NCBI GenBank assembly: GCA_019058315.1
Contig: JAHPZH010000007.1
Location: 1-64,000 of the forward strand
From: Candidatus Helarchaeota archaeon
GTDB lineage: Archaea; Asgardarchaeota; Lokiarchaeia; Helarchaeales; RDOG01
Length of the DNA: 64,000 nucleotides
Direction of reading: 5' to 3'
Part shown: positions 40,668 to 49,590 of the stretch, in pieces
How positions within the stretch are numbered: the stretch's first letter is position 1
Layout: each line of letters opens with the position of its first letter
Translations under genes and position numbers: made by a program
Notes under the pieces: generated by a model
Database searches by the model: none
The model's input: only the letters and a program-made list of their open reading frames with translations
What the model was told of the DNA's origin: nothing

Positions 40668-41969
40668 TCATTTTAGAAAATTCGATAAAAACGTTTGATT
40701 CTTAAAAAAGAGGCGGTAATCAAATTTTTGCATGTTTTGTAATGTTTTTTTAGTTTTTCTCCCATATTTTTTTATAATATAGTTTTGCATCTCATCTGGG
40801 TCTACTGTATAAGGGACTTCAATCAAAATTATCCCATTTTCTTTACATATTTTTCTTTTTATTTGGTCTCTTTTTTGTTGTTTTTTGAATCTTTTTTCAG
40901 TGGAGTGGAAAAATGAGTTATATTCATAATGCTGTAATCCATTATATTCAAATGCTAGTTTTAATTCTCGATTATAGCCATCTAGATGCATTTTTTCAAT
41001 TTTATAATCTCCAAATTCAATTTGATATTTTTCCAAAATTGTTTTATCAAGAAAAACATCATTTAAGGTAGTCGTAGGAAATTCTTTTTCAAATATTGCT
41101 TCAAAATAGCACCGACAAATTCGTTCATTAAATCCTTTCATACAATTAGGACACCAATGCCCCCTTAGAACATGTGTAGGTCTTGCTTCCCAGATATTTT
41201 TACATGCTCCGCATTGCCATTTATATTTCATATTAACATAAATATATTTTTTAGATGTGGATATTTTAGATAAAAATTTCCCAGGATAACCAGTCTTTTC
41301 CAAACCTATATCATATGCTATTTTATGCATCTCTGTTATAGAATGTCTTGCTTTTCCAGAACATCTTGGACACCAAGAATCCCCTCTTCGGATATGATCT
41401 GCAGTTGTTTCCCAAATATAGCCGCATTTCCCACATTGCCACTCATATTTTGTGTCTGTATTAATGTATTCTTTTGATAAGAATTTTCCTGGCTTCCCCG
41501 TGTTTTTTATTCCCATATCATGGGCAGCCTTATACATGTCATCTATACTAAGTTGAAGATTTTTCGCACAATTTGGACACCAAGCCCCCCTTCTCACATG
41601 ATCTGCCCTTGATTCCCAAATATAATTACATTTTCCGCATTGCCATTCATATTTTGTGTTAACATTAATGTATTTTTTTGATAAGAATTTTCCTGGCTTT
41701 CCCGTCTTCTTTAGACCTACTTCATGGGCAGTTTTATGCATTTCATCTATAGTGAGCCTACGATTCCCAGCACAATTTGGACACCAGCCCCCTTGCTTTA
41801 CTGAATCTGCCGTAACTTTCCATATATAGTTGCATTTTCCGCATTGCCACTTGTATTTTGTTTTAATATCAATATATTTTTTTGATAAGAACTTTCCTGG
41901 CTTCCCTGTCTTTTTTATTCCTATATCATGAGCTGTTTTATGCATATTTTTTATATCATATTTTTTCAT
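40668..41969 (-). CDS. Four Zn-ribbon repeats plus C-terminal PD-(D/E)xK/Vsr-like nuclease
   Basis: 4x WQCGxC..W...WCPxC; LDGYNRELKLAFEYNGLQHY; ATG 41969 with SD aggtg preferred over TTG 41987. Confidence 0.8.
   Translation of the reverse strand: MKKYDIKNMHKTAHDIGIKKTGKPGKFLSKKYIDIKTKYKWQCGKCNYIWKVTADSVKQGGWCPNCAGNRRLTIDEMHKTAHEVGLKKTGKPGKFLSKKYINVNTKYEWQCGKCNYIWESRADHVRRGAWCPNCAKNLQLSIDDMYKAAHDMGIKNTGKPGKFLSKEYINTDTKYEWQCGKCGYIWETTADHIRRGDSWCPRCSGKARHSITEMHKIAYDIGLEKTGYPGKFLSKISTSKKYIYVNMKYKWQCGACKNIWEARPTHVLRGHWCPNCMKGFNERICRCYFEAIFEKEFPTTTLNDVFLDKTILEKYQIEFGDYKIEKMHLDGYNRELKLAFEYNGLQHYEYNSFFHSTEKRFKKQQKRDQIKRKICKENGIILIEVPYTVDPDEMQNYIIKKYGRKTKKTLQNMQKFDYRLFFKNQTFLSNFLK
41140..41960 (-). 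repeat. ~204-bp coding tandem repeat, 4 copies
   Basis: gataagaa(c/t)tttcctggctt anchor at 41884, 41680 and 41476, with a diverged copy at 41269. Confidence 0.85.
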
Positions 41970-42015
41970 ATAAACACCTAATTTCAAGATTTTTTTACTT
42001 AATAATATTATAGAA

Positions 42016-42062
42016 TGCGCAGAATATATGTTTTGTTATATATAAAGAAGAGTTTTTGCGCA
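42016..42062 (-). promoter_or_regulatory. TATA box flanked by two TGCGCA palindromes
   Basis: TGCGCA at 42016 and 42057 with TATATATAAA at 42037-42046; identical spacing to 1369-1415. Confidence 0.6.
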
Positions 42063-42220
42063 AATTTAATTTAAGGGTTATTAATTTTTCCATTAATTTT
42101 CATTATCTATTTATAGAATTCCATTAGGTAATTCTGGGTCACTTAAAAGGAGTAATAACAAAATAGATAATATTCAATTAATTATTAAAAAAAAAGTAAT
42201 GGAAAATAAACAGTGAAGAT

Positions 42221-43096
42221 CTAAAAATTGAAAAACTGGGGAGCCATCTTCATTCGAGCAGCTATTTCATAGACTCCCCATGCCCCACAGCCCCCATGGC
42301 CTAAACAATCTACATCATTCCCATAACAACAGAAGGGTTGCTCAAATCCATTATCTCCAAGATACATGGGAACAAAAAATCTCTTTATTGGGCAATTCTT
42401 AATTATTTCTGGTGCATTTTGAGATAACATAAGTTCAAATGCTAACTCTTTATTAAGAATATATTTTGGATATTTCTTTTTTAAAGCAATTACTTTTTTT
42501 ATCACTGGATCTCGTTCTTTTAAAGTTTTCCAGCCCAGATCTGATGTATCGTTCTTTCTCGGAACATAAAAAGAGAAAATAATACCTCTAATAGGAGTTT
42601 CCTTACGTAAAATCTCGATTATTTCTTCAAAGCAATCCTCATTCTTTTTTGTAATTACGCATTGGCTTTGAAGGTCTCCTTCAAAATCGTCTGGTAGATT
42701 ATTTAGATTAGCTATAACTTTTTTAAAGGTCCCTTTTCCCCGAACTTCATCATTTACTTCTTCTGGACCATCTATTGAAACACACCATTTTGTTTTTTTT
42801 CCCAAATTTATTAATGGGAGAGTTCCATTTGTGGTAATAACATTTCTGGAGAATATTTTTATCCCTGGTCTTAATACATCTTTTCTTAATAATGGCTCAC
42901 CCCCCATCCAAACCATTGAGAAGATACCATAGTGGTTTCTGTATTTTTTAATTTCTTTTAACATGACTTCTGTAGGCATTTCGCTTTCTTTAGTTGGTAT
43001 GTTTGGGTTTCCCTCCCTAAAAACAAAGCAATGTTTGCATCTTAGGTTACATCTATTAGTTACATTTATCATAGCCATTGGGCGGAATTCTTTCAT
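42221..43096 (-). CDS. Radical SAM protein
   Basis: CNLRCKHC, GGEPLL, SIDG; Cys-rich C-terminus. Confidence 0.88.
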   Translation of the reverse strand: MKEFRPMAMINVTNRCNLRCKHCFVFREGNPNIPTKESEMPTEVMLKEIKKYRNHYGIFSMVWMGGEPLLRKDVLRPGIKIFSRNVITTNGTLPLINLGKKTKWCVSIDGPEEVNDEVRGKGTFKKVIANLNNLPDDFEGDLQSQCVITKKNEDCFEEIIEILRKETPIRGIIFSFYVPRKNDTSDLGWKTLKERDPVIKKVIALKKKYPKYILNKELAFELMLSQNAPEIIKNCPIKRFFVPMYLGDNGFEQPFCCYGNDVDCLGHGGCGAWGVYEIAARMKMAPQFFNF

Positions 43097-43229
43097 TTTT
43101 TACACCCTTTTAAGTTAAATTTATTATAAATATTTATGATTTGAACTTACTTATCAATTTAAAATAAGCAGAATTCTATTAAATTACTTTTTGTAAATTT
43201 TAAAATTTAGAAAATGTGTTGTAATCTAT

Positions 43230-44393
43230 ATGAGCCAATTAAATTTCACAACCTTATTGCTCCGATATGGAGAGATATCATTAAAGAGTGATAAAGTTCG
43301 AAGAAGGTTTGAAAAGAAATTAGAAGAGAATATAAAGTATGTTCTAGATAAAGAAAAAATTTCATATAAACTTGAACGTCTCCCATTGCAAGGAAGGTTC
43401 TATGTTCACACAGAAAAAATTGAAGAAACCGCAAAAATTCTCTCAGAAACATTTGGAATAGTATCAATAAGTCCGGTTAAAAAAGTTAGCTCCAAACTTT
43501 CAGCTATTTTGGATGAAATATTAAATTTTTCAGACATTTTAATTAAGAATAATAACACATTTGCGATACGTGTAAGACGCTCTGGGCAGCATGAATATAC
43601 ATCGCAAGATGTAGCCAATCAAGTTGGGGATTTTATAAACAAGAAATTTGATAAAAGAAATATTAAAGTGGATTTAACTAAACCTGATGTAACTATTTTT
43701 ATAGAGATAAGGGATGAATGGGCTTATATTTTCAAAGATATTATTGAGGGGTTAGGTGGTTTTCCATATAATTCACAAGATAATCTTGTTTCTCTCTTTT
43801 TTGGTGATTTTAATAGTTTTATCTCTACTTGGCTTATGTTTCGTAAGGGTTGTAGAGTTATACCGATATTTTTTAATTTTTCGATGTTTACAAATCAAAA
43901 TCTTTCAGATCAAATAATAGAAATGGCCCAAAATCTGAAAAAATACATAAATACGGACAAATTTTATATTTACGAAATTCCGGATTGTAAAAAATTAATT
44001 AAATCAAATAAATCTATAGAAAATGTAAATTTTTTTCAAATTAACCTCCAATTAATGTTTCTAGTAGCCGAAAGAATCGCTATTTCAGAAAATGCAAAGG
44101 GAATAGTTACTTATCATACGTTTTCTGATATTTTCAACCTAAAAGATTTAAGTATTATAGAAAATTCGGTAAAATTCCCAATTTTTAAACCTTTATTAGG
44201 AAAAAATTTAGACAATTTAAATGAATTAACTGATAAATTTGAAAATATTCCTTTTATCAATAAAAAAAATCTGCATTTGCATTTCAATGAAAAAGAAAAG
44301 ATAAAATTTCAGCATCTTAACAAATCAGAAATTAATTCAATACAAGATATTGTGGAAAAATTAGTTAAAAGTGCTAAAAAAATAGAAATTTAA
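43230..44393 (+). CDS. ThiI-like THUMP protein with degenerate PP-loop
   Basis: RYGEISLKS and VDLTKPD...GLGGFP conserved; SGGxDS replaced by FGDFNS. Confidence 0.8.
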   Translation: MSQLNFTTLLLRYGEISLKSDKVRRRFEKKLEENIKYVLDKEKISYKLERLPLQGRFYVHTEKIEETAKILSETFGIVSISPVKKVSSKLSAILDEILNFSDILIKNNNTFAIRVRRSGQHEYTSQDVANQVGDFINKKFDKRNIKVDLTKPDVTIFIEIRDEWAYIFKDIIEGLGGFPYNSQDNLVSLFFGDFNSFISTWLMFRKGCRVIPIFFNFSMFTNQNLSDQIIEMAQNLKKYINTDKFYIYEIPDCKKLIKSNKSIENVNFFQINLQLMFLVAERIAISENAKGIVTYHTFSDIFNLKDLSIIENSVKFPIFKPLLGKNLDNLNELTDKFENIPFINKKNLHLHFNEKEKIKFQHLNKSEINSIQDIVEKLVKSAKKIEI

Positions 44394-44395
44394 TG

Positions 44396-45256
44396 TTATT
44401 TAGTTTCAATAAATTCTAAATTGATGTTTAAAGATTTGGATGAATGAATTAGATATCCCATAGAGATGACATCAGGACTAAGTTTTGCATATTTTTTGAC
44501 ATTATTTTTATTAATTCCTCCAGAAAATTCGATTGTAACTTTATCACGTAATCCCTTGTCTTCTAACAGCTTTAAAGCTTCTGCAGCTTTTTCTGGGGTA
44601 AAATTATCAAACATTATTATATCAGCTTCAGCGTTTGCGGCTTCCATTACTTGATCAATTGTTTCAACTTCAACCTCAATTTTCTTTGAAAAACTTATTT
44701 CTTTTCTAATTTTTTCAACTGCTTTTTTAATATCCCCAAAAATGCTTAGGTGGTTATCTTTTACCATAATTTCATCGTCTAAATTGAATCTATGTGTATC
44801 ACCGCCCCCTAAGCTAACCGCTCGTTTTTCAAAATATTGAAAACCTGGTGTTACTTTCCTCGTACAGGCAATTCTCGTTATTTTATTTATTCCACGAACT
44901 ATTTTTATTACTGAATTTGTTTCAGTAGCAATTCCACTCATTCTCATAAGTATATTAAGAGCAGTTCTTTCTGCAGTTAAAATGTCTTTAGCTCGTCCTT
45001 TAATTCTTAAGATTGTCTGGTCTTTTTTTACCGCACTACCATCTTTGATATTATCAAGTATTTTTATATTCATTAATTCAAAAACCATTTTTGCCTCTTG
45101 TATCCCGGCTACTACTCCATTTTCTCGAGCTTTAATTTCAGCTGTGGCTTGTATATTATCTTGTATAAGTGTATTGGTAGTGATATCTCCAAATCCTACA
45201 TCAACTTCTAAAAATTCTTTAATAATTTTTCTTAAAATTGTTTTTGGTAATTCCAT
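44396..45256 (-). CDS. nadC: Quinolinate phosphoribosyltransferase
   Basis: GDITT, ERTALN, TRK, HR, KDNH, EVEV, DN, SGG. Confidence 0.95.
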   Translation of the reverse strand: MELPKTILRKIIKEFLEVDVGFGDITTNTLIQDNIQATAEIKARENGVVAGIQEAKMVFELMNIKILDNIKDGSAVKKDQTILRIKGRAKDILTAERTALNILMRMSGIATETNSVIKIVRGINKITRIACTRKVTPGFQYFEKRAVSLGGGDTHRFNLDDEIMVKDNHLSIFGDIKKAVEKIRKEISFSKKIEVEVETIDQVMEAANAEADIIMFDNFTPEKAAEALKLLEDKGLRDKVTIEFSGGINKNNVKKYAKLSPDVISMGYLIHSSKSLNINLEFIETK

Positions 45257-45291
45257 ACTAATTCACTATCCATGCCTTAATATCTCCAATT

Positions 45292-45915
45292 TTAACCCTC
45301 TCCAATATCTCTACGAACAACTTCCCCTTGAGGTGTTTCTTCTTCAAAAATTTCCGCTTGAAAACTTGATATTTTTACATTTCTCTCCTTCCAGGTGTTC
45401 GATGGAAGCCAAGCCTTCTGCATTAAATGAGCCAAATAAGTCTTAACATCCCACTTCCAATCTACAGGAACTTGGGGTAATAATAAACCGCTATAACCAC
45501 CATACTCAACAATCAAACCGTCTCTACCTATCTTAATCTTCTCTAAATATTCATCTGGATTATTTACTTTAATTTCTTCTGGTGGAGTTAAAGCACTTAC
45601 TTCAACTATAATATTGTTTAATTCTTTTTCTTTAACACGTGAAAATCTTGAATCTTTCGTTGCGGAACTTATGCTTGATTCAATAACAGCTTCTATGAGT
45701 GGGTGGTAAGGTAGTGGATAACCTATACAGCCTCTCAATTCCTTTTCAGGACCAGATCCCTTCAACTTTCTTAAAGTTACAAAAACACCAGCTTTCTCTT
45801 TTAATTTTTCAGAAATATCTTGAGGTATCTCAACTTTTTTCCCTGTCTTTATATAGGATTCAATATTCTTTCTGGCCAACTTTACTAAAAATTTTCCCTC
45901 TTCTAAAGAAAGCAT
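45292..45915 (-). CDS. AMMECR1 family protein
   Basis: GVFVTL, LRGCIG, GLLLPQV. Confidence 0.93.
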   Translation of the reverse strand: MLSLEEGKFLVKLARKNIESYIKTGKKVEIPQDISEKLKEKAGVFVTLRKLKGSGPEKELRGCIGYPLPYHPLIEAVIESSISSATKDSRFSRVKEKELNNIIVEVSALTPPEEIKVNNPDEYLEKIKIGRDGLIVEYGGYSGLLLPQVPVDWKWDVKTYLAHLMQKAWLPSNTWKERNVKISSFQAEIFEEETPQGEVVRRDIGEG

Positions 45916-46104
45916 AATTTATCACCAGAAAAAAACTCTACCGTTTTATCAAATTTAAAATATGACGATTTTTAAACTATAATTTATTCTGAAAATAATA
46001 AAAAGTTCCTAATAAAAATTCAAAAATATCATAAAAATTAAAAAATATGAAGTGATTTCAAACTAAATTCGGAAATAAACGACGATTTAAAGGAGATAGT
46101 TAAA

Positions 46105-46836
46105 CTGAAGATAAATCCCCCAACTTTGGAAGCCATCATCTTCTCAGGTGGTGGCGGACTCGTGATTCGAAAGCAAAAAATTAAAATAACTCCTGGAATG
46201 AATTACTTCGAAATTATGGACGTACCAGCTTCCTATGATCCCGAACAAGTCATCGCTGAATTAGAAGGAGAAAATGTAAATAATGTAAAAATCACCCAAT
46301 TGAGTCTAAAATTGCCAGATAGAACGATTGTAAATATGGTAATTCAACGTGAAAGAAATGCTTCTAATAACATAATATCAAGTGCAACGGATCTTCGAGC
46401 AGAATCCCGAAAGGAAATTTTAGCTATTTGTGAATCAGCATATTATAGACAATATGAAGACATGCTTGGAGAATTAAATATTACAGTTCAATCCGATATT
46501 CAAGGAGAAATAAATTTATCCATTAAATATTTCTTCAATGACACCCGAATTCGCTGGAAACCGGGAGTTCAAGTAGATTTGGACGAAAAAACCAATAATG
46601 CAAGAATAATTGGATATATAAATGTCGATAACAATTCAGATCTTCTTTTAGAAAACGTTGAATTGAAATTTGCAGAATTTGATCTTGCAGAAGCTCCTGT
46701 CGGTGAGAATGAAGATGAATTTGATTTTGAAGGAGAAGAAGAATTTGGTGAAGCACCAAGAGCAGCACCGGGAAGACCAGCGGCTAAGAAAAAGGTTTAT
46801 AAAAGAGTTCAACGATTAAAACAACTTTTAGCGTGA
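46105..46836 (+). CDS. DUF4140/DUF4139-like N-terminal half, paralog 1 (probable CTG start)
   Basis: Highly similar to the next gene; CTG-KINPP aligns with its MKINPP; SD aaggag upstream. Confidence 0.7.
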   Translation: MKINPPTLEAIIFSGGGGLVIRKQKIKITPGMNYFEIMDVPASYDPEQVIAELEGENVNNVKITQLSLKLPDRTIVNMVIQRERNASNNIISSATDLRAESRKEILAICESAYYRQYEDMLGELNITVQSDIQGEINLSIKYFFNDTRIRWKPGVQVDLDEKTNNARIIGYINVDNNSDLLLENVELKFAEFDLAEAPVGENEDEFDFEGEEEFGEAPRAAPGRPAAKKKVYKRVQRLKQLLA

Positions 46837-46891
46837 AGAAAAGATGATAAAAATGAGGGAACTTTAAATTGACCAAATGGAGGATCTTTAA

Positions 46892-47596
46892 ATGAAAATT
46901 AATCCACCAATAACAGATGCCATCATCTTTTCTGGTGGTGGCGGACTAGTAATTAGAAAGCAAAAAACTAAGGTTTCGCCAGGAAAAAATAATTTTGAAA
47001 TAATGGACGTACCTGCAAGTTTCGATCCAGAGCAAGTTATTGTAGAAATTGTAAGTGAATTTCAAGATAAAGTCAAACTAAGTCAATTAAGCATTAAACT
47101 GCCAGATAAAACAATTGTCAACATGGGTATTTCACGAGAAAGAACGGCTTCCAATAACATAATCACTAACGCGACTGATTTGAGAGCGGAATCAAGAAAA
47201 AAAATACTTGCCATTTGTGAATCTGCATATTATAGGCAATATGAAGATATGTTTGGAGAGATCGATGTTGTAGTGACCTCAGAAGTAGATACCGAAATCG
47301 ATCTTACTTTAAAATACTTCATTATAGATTTGCGAATTCGTTGGAAACCCGGAGTTCAGGTAGACTTGGATGAAAAAAACAATTCTGCCAAGATAGTAGG
47401 TTACATTAATGTTGATAACAATTCGGATTTCATTTTTGAAAATGTAGAGCTAGAATTTGCGGAATTCGACCTTGCCCCTACTCCTGTCATGCCTGTCGGC
47501 GGTGAAGCTGAGCAAGTAGCATTTGCTCAAATGCAAATACCTGCTAATGAAAATATTTTGAGAAATGTTCGACGATTAAAAAGGAGATTTAAGTGA
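46892..47596 (+). CDS. DUF4140/DUF4139-like N-terminal half, paralog 2
   Basis: LVIRK...PG.NNFEIMDVPASFDPE and RWKP...INVDNNSD. Confidence 0.7.
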   Translation: MKINPPITDAIIFSGGGGLVIRKQKTKVSPGKNNFEIMDVPASFDPEQVIVEIVSEFQDKVKLSQLSIKLPDKTIVNMGISRERTASNNIITNATDLRAESRKKILAICESAYYRQYEDMFGEIDVVVTSEVDTEIDLTLKYFIIDLRIRWKPGVQVDLDEKNNSAKIVGYINVDNNSDFIFENVELEFAEFDLAPTPVMPVGGEAEQVAFAQMQIPANENILRNVRRLKRRFK

Positions 47597-47606
47597 GGTT
47601 ATTAAT

Positions 47607-48272
47607 ATGAAAGCAACTTTATATCCCAGAAAAAAAATTAGATTAGAATGGTTTAAATTTGAAAGTGTTCCTTTCGAGATAAACCGAGAAACAGAAATAA
47701 AATATGCTGTTTCCTCGGCTCAATACGATAAATTAACCCATATGACGAAAATCCAGTATATATTTAATAATCTAAATAAAGATATTCCCCAAACTGACCT
47801 AATTGTCATGGAAAAAGGCCTACCAACTCTTTATTCAAGAACACCAGGATCAGTTGCAGGAAAATTATCTTCCGAAAAACATGACGACACTAGTATAGAA
47901 ATAAATGATTTATTAGTTAAAGTTGAGCGAGGAAAAGAAGAAATAAAAAGAGAACCACCAGAACATCCTGATCCAAGGATTAAAGAAATAGAAACCCGTA
48001 GAAGAAAAGATCTCATTCAAAGAAAAATTACCTTAAAAAATATTTCAAATAAGCGCGTTCAAAATTTAAAATTAAAGTATATTGAAGTTAAGGAAGTTCG
48101 CTACGAATCATCTGTTCCAGAACCTACGAAAAAAGACTTACCCGAATATATATGGGAAATTTCTTTGGATCCTGATCAAAGTACCTCAGTAGAATTAAGT
48201 GTGGTCGTAGAAATCGTGAAGACATTCAGGATTGAGAAAGAACCAGTAGTAAGATCTCAAAAATTTGAATAA
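47607..48272 (+). CDS. DUF4139-like C-terminal half
   Basis: RKITLKN...WEISLDPDQSTSVEL beta-sandwich ending; co-oriented with the two preceding genes. Confidence 0.55.
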   Translation: MKATLYPRKKIRLEWFKFESVPFEINRETEIKYAVSSAQYDKLTHMTKIQYIFNNLNKDIPQTDLIVMEKGLPTLYSRTPGSVAGKLSSEKHDDTSIEINDLLVKVERGKEEIKREPPEHPDPRIKEIETRRRKDLIQRKITLKNISNKRVQNLKLKYIEVKEVRYESSVPEPTKKDLPEYIWEISLDPDQSTSVELSVVVEIVKTFRIEKEPVVRSQKFE

Positions 48273-48287
48273 TATTCCAATAAATTC

Positions 48288-48301
48288 TTTTTTTTTATTT
48301 T
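48288..48301 (+). terminator. Oligo-T archaeal terminator
   Basis: T-tract directly after the 48272 stop, between convergent genes. Confidence 0.45.
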
Positions 48302-48381
48302 AGTCTAGATAATTCCTAATTCTTTTAATTTTCTATAATATTTTTTCGAATTTTATTAAATAGAAAAAAAAGTTAGAGATT

Positions 48382-48972
48382 TTATGATGTTTCCATCATT
48401 TCATGACGTATCCATAGAATCAGAACAACGCATAAAGGAACGCCAAAGATAAGTAAATCCCAAAGGATTGCGGAAATCCAAGAAAACACAAGATATTCAA
48501 TGCTCCAAGTTATAAAAGGAGTATTCCAATTATTTTCAACATAAATTATGATAAGCCACGTTAAAAATATCAGAAACGAGAATACTCCACCACCACTACC
48601 ACCTGTCATTCGTTGGCGATACCCTTTTTTCTTTGGTTCTCCCTTATATTCTTCCTTCTCCTCATCAGGTAATTTTCTCCACCACTGTATGAATACAACC
48701 GCAACAAATACAATAACTGGAATTCCAATGAATAAAAATTCCCAGAGAATCACATTTAATATAAAAGTTATTACAGAACCTATCGTCCATAAGCTTAAGC
48801 TCCGTGGTACTAGTCTAGTTGATAGTGCATTTGGTAGGATGAACCATAAAAATAACAAAAGCCCGCATATAGCAGCTACACTGACTCCAGCTATAATTAT
48901 TAACATCATCTTCCAGTGATTTTTGAAGAATTTTATCCATACTTCATCTTTGATATCTTCATTATTTGCCAT
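48382..48972 (-). CDS. Membrane protein (~4 TM)
   Basis: Hydrophobic segments. Confidence 0.7.
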   Translation of the reverse strand: MANNEDIKDEVWIKFFKNHWKMMLIIIAGVSVAAICGLLLFLWFILPNALSTRLVPRSLSLWTIGSVITFILNVILWEFLFIGIPVIVFVAVVFIQWWRKLPDEEKEEYKGEPKKKGYRQRMTGGSGGGVFSFLIFLTWLIIIYVENNWNTPFITWSIEYLVFSWISAILWDLLIFGVPLCVVLILWIRHEMMETS

Positions 48973-49085
48973 TTAAAATCCCTTCTATTATAAGATTTAT
49001 GACGATTAATATAAAACAAATAATTTACTTAAAAATTATTTTTTGTGCAAAAATGAAAATCTCTAATAAATTCTAATATTGTAAT

Positions 49086-49583
49086 TTAACCTAGAGTTTT
49101 TCTAATTTCTTTAATCTTTTCTAATGTTTTTTCGAAATTTATCCAGTGGTGACCTTTATAGTAAACTTTTTTACAAGAATCATTTGTACAAATCCAAAAT
49201 TCGTCAAAAAGGTCATAAGTGGATTGAGGAACTTGCTCTTTTATTTCTGATTTATTTACTGAAACAATCTCATAATTACATGTAGGACATCGAGATATTT
49301 TAGGGTCAATAATTAGATCAATATCATATTTTTTGGATAAAATAGCTAGATTTTTTATATAATTCCCCTTCAGAAATAAAACTGGTATTTTTTTATTTTT
49401 GGCTCTTTCAACTAATATTTCGTCCTTTGTGAGTAGAATTCTATTTTTATTTTTTGCTATTTCTAAAAATTGGTCGTCATCTATACTATTGTCGTATAAT
49501 GTATCATAACCTAATAGTCGTAGCCATTTAGCAGTTCTTCCAAACATAGAGTCACAAATAAATGTAATAATATAAAACACCAA
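49086..49583 (-). CDS. Mut7-C (DUF82) PIN-like RNase domain protein
   Basis: DSMFGRTAKWLRLLGYD, LLTKD, RCPTCN, KVYYKGHH. Confidence 0.9.
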   Translation of the reverse strand: MVFYIITFICDSMFGRTAKWLRLLGYDTLYDNSIDDDQFLEIAKNKNRILLTKDEILVERAKNKKIPVLFLKGNYIKNLAILSKKYDIDLIIDPKISRCPTCNYEIVSVNKSEIKEQVPQSTYDLFDEFWICTNDSCKKVYYKGHHWINFEKTLEKIKEIRKTLG

Positions 49584-49590
49584 AATTTTG

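Larger units (their letters stand above)
16528..41987. mobile_element. Accessory island centred on a Cas1 fusion protein (mobility not demonstrated)
   Basis: Nine consecutive nuclease, recombination, repeat or regulator genes between housekeeping arms; no TIR/TSD found. Confidence 0.5.

Noticed and set aside
16234-42220. Canonical casposon with TIRs and target-site duplication
   Set aside because: No PolB gene; the only flank similarity is an imperfect AT-rich word (gata..attcaatta near 16337 and 42166) expected by chance
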